A stretch of 63,892 bases of DNA, the filler included, from Octopus bimaculoides (taxonomy: Eukaryota), in assembly GCF_001194135.2 (NCBI RefSeq). It is 6 parts of 6 records of this genome, joined end to end, with 100 filler letters (N's around TTAATTAATTAA, not from the genome) between each part and the next. Parts side by side here need not be neighbours in the genome. Positions count along the whole stretch, not along the records: positions 60,747 to 62,263 come from NC_068983.1; positions 62,364 to 63,892 come from NC_069010.1; 4 more parts are not named here. One strand, 5' to 3'. The first letter of the stretch is position 1, and each line of letters starts with the position of its first letter. Made by a program: the position numbers and the translations under genes. This document shows positions 61,012 to 63,892 of this stretch, piece by piece. The notes below the pieces were generated by a model. That model did no database searches, had not been told where the DNA came from, and saw only the letters and a list, made by a program, of their open reading frames with translations.

Positions 61012-61454
61012 GTGAGTACAGGTGCATGTGTATGTATATGTATTTTTGTCCGTATACATAAATATGGAAGGGACATGCTCCGTTCTTTCTGATAAATTAC
61101 AGATTTGAAGCCATGGCTCCATACTGCATCTCTCATAACTAATTTGTCTTAGAGTTTTCCTTTCAGCTCACTCATCACAATCGTTTCTTTGACGATCAGG
61201 AGATAGAATTGGATATTTTTCCTTCGTTGTCTTCTTTCTACATCAAGAAATACAGAAATCCATCTGAAAATGCAATTCTTTGAAATTTCAAGCCAGTCTT
61301 CAAGATGAAATGATAGATATGCCATGTAGCATTCCTTATTCCAAATGCAATCAATATTTTTTCCTCCCCCCTCGCCTGCCCACCCAATCCCATATAACAT
61401 TTCCCACATGATTATAGTCGACTTTCTAAAATATATATTCTTTTACCTAATATA

Positions 61455-61481
61455 TAATCATCGTCATCGTTGTCGCCATCG

Positions 61482-61512
<31 letters not shown>

Positions 61513-62050
61513 CATCATCATCACCTTCTTCATCATCATCGTCGTTATTGTCATCATCATCATCATCATCATCATCGTCATCATTGCCATCATCATCATC
61601 ATCATCATCACCATCATCATCATTGTCATCATCATCATAATCAACTTTATCACCATCATCACCATCATCATCATTGTCATCATCACTATCATTATCATCG
61701 TCACCACTGTCATCATCATCATCAACATTCTTGTCATCATTATGAACAGCAGCAGTAGCATTGTCATCACCACCACTACCACCACCACCACTTCCACGGC
61801 CACCATCACTACCTCCACCTCCACCACTACCTTCGTCAGCATCAATTTAAACTCCACTTTGTGATAGGTTTTGTACGGTTGGAAGCCCTTCCTGTCACCA
61901 ACACTCACCTATTTCCAAGCAATCTAATATTTACCCCATCGCTAGGGAAACATTGTTTTCACGGAAGACTGGGAATGAAGAACTGCTTGTAAGATGATAA
62001 CATTTATTTATAACTATCTTGAGATGTCAAGAGAAGGAGACACAAACATA
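61455..62050 (-). mobile_element. family G copy (61840-62050) with a long degenerate (CAT)n/(CAC)n tail
   Basis: GCCCTTCCTGTCACCAAC motif; GAAGACTGG(G)AATG shared with 49750-49985. Confidence 0.65.
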
Positions 62051-62194
62051 CACACGCACACACATTTACATGTATATTCAAAAAATGATACATGCATACA
62101 AATATATATAACTGGCCTTTCTAGCATGTAAGGAGTCCTGATAATGGACTCCTCTTTGTGTATAAGATATTTTATACACTTTTATATTATATCA

Positions 62195-62263
<69 letters not shown>

Positions 62264-62434
62264 NNNNNNNNNNNNNNNNNNNNNNNNNNNNNNNNNNNNN
62301 NNNNNNNTTAATTAATTAANNNNNNNNNNNNNNNNNNNNNNNNNNNNNNNNNNNNNNNNNNNNTATATATATGAGAGAGAGAGAGAGACATAGATGCACA
62401 TATCGACCACACGTAGTCAAATGTTTGCCAACAA

Positions 62435-63205
62435 ACGTTGTTTAGCCCTAGGCATACCAGCTGTGGCCATCCTGGCAATTAGCATGCCTAAGACCACATA
62501 ATCCAATATAGTCTTCCCTTTCTAAAAAAGAGAAGAAAAAACTTAGGCCCCTTCTTTATTTAAGACAGTAGAGTATGATTTAAGGGATTTTTGGCCGCTG
62601 TTTCTAGCCTCTACAGTGACCACGTTCGGGCGCTCTCTTTGTTGCTTGTGTTGTTTATTGCTACCAGTTGACTTCTAATCAGAGCCAATCTATTCGTGCC
62701 CATCTCACCTTATTAGATGCTATCTACCACATGGTCTAGAACAAAATTGGGGAGGGGGTGCAATTTGAAGGCAATGTTGACTGCTATTTCTAGTACACAG
62801 ACCGCTTACGAAGAGGCTCTTGTTCATTGTGCTGTTGTTATTTAACCCCAGGTCAGTCCTGATTGAGCAGACCCATGATCAAAAATGTCTCCAACCGTGA
62901 CCACTTTGATGAACTACATCATCCAGTTTGTCCATTCGTTTCTTACTTAAGACGGCAGAGAATGATATGAGAGAAACTTGGCTGCTTTTTCTAGCAAAAA
63001 GAAAGACCGCATAAGTACAACCTCGCTCTTCGCCGCAACCAGCCTTGATTGTTATAGCCGACCTATGATCATAGGCATTCCAACCGTGGCTATCCCAGCT
63101 TATTTCAAACTTGCAAGGAACTCAGGACTTCATTTATCCAAAGTGTCCGCCTGTTAGACTTTACGGTATGGTTTGAGGGAGACTTAGCTGCTATTTCTAA
63201 CAACG
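62435..63205 (-). repeat. four diverged tandem family J units (about 180-205 bp)
   Basis: GCTGCTATTTCTAG-type ends near 62610, 62790, 62995 and 63200. Confidence 0.75.
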
Positions 63206-63215
63206 TAAGATATAT

Positions 63216-63432
63216 TGGTTTCGAATTATGACACAAGGCCAGCAACTTCGGGGCAGTGGGTAAGTGGATTTACATCAACCCCAGTTATCCACTGGTACTT
63301 ATTTTACCGAACCCGTAAGGACAAGAGGCAAAGTCGACCTGGGCAGGATTTGAACTCAGAACGTGGAGACGGACGAAATGCCGCTAAACATTTGTGACAG
63401 GCGTTCTAACGATTCTGCCAACTCGCCGCCTT
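63216..63432 (-). mobile_element. SINE family B, full length
   Basis: Reverse complement of family B. Confidence 0.9.
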
Positions 63433-63892
63433 TTGTGTATTTGTATACTAACATGTTTCTACTTGTATGTCAATGTTTATATTAACACGGCAGTGGCTTT
63501 TCTTTGTCAATGTGGTGTATGTACAAATGTAACAAGACTTCAAATACATTCACACGTATGAGCATGTCTGTGCGTGCTTACGTTGTTACGATTATATATG
63601 TATTAGGGAAAATAACCAAGTTTCAAGAACTCATCGATGAAAATCCACTATCACATATAGAAAAATTAATAATTAAAAGCACAATAAATGAGTATAATAT
63701 AAAGTAAAGTAAATATCATAAGATAAATATAATAAAAAGATTACACGTGTTTCATAACTAATTTTCAAATAGAAAAGAAATTTAAATCGATTAAAATCAA
63801 TTGAAATTATCGAAAATAAATTGAGTTTTTACCTGTAATTTTGGATTTTGTTCCTAATATTATTATTATATATATATATATATATATATATA

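Noticed and set aside
61090-61275. Possible minus-strand exon after TTTTCAG (WISVFLDVERRQRRKN...)
   Set aside because: Acceptor-like site only; no recognised homology and no consistent neighbouring exons.

Overview
AT-rich, gap-riddled, microsatellite-dense eukaryotic DNA, probably a coleoid cephalopod such as Octopus (inferred from my recollection of its SINE families; not database-checked). I recognise no host protein-coding gene, rRNA, true tRNA or CRISPR array. The window is mostly repeats: about 40 tRNA-headed or RTE-tailed SINE-like copies (working labels A, B, C, D, F, G, J are mine), LINE remnants (three R4/Dong-type, one CR1-type, three RTE-type), Tc1/mariner/maT relics and MITEs. 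The most interesting signal is eight minimal type I hammerhead ribozyme motifs from several unrelated small repeat families, of the kind carried by Penelope-like elements and retrozymes. They include a tandem pair exactly 300 nt apart and one folded into a 191-bp palindrome. Most copies carry core substitutions, so activity is untested. Other highlights are R4/Dong elements docked on (TAA)n tracts, reciprocal head/tail swapping among SINEs, and a PHD finger inside an RTE reverse transcriptase. All coordinates and alignments were read by eye.
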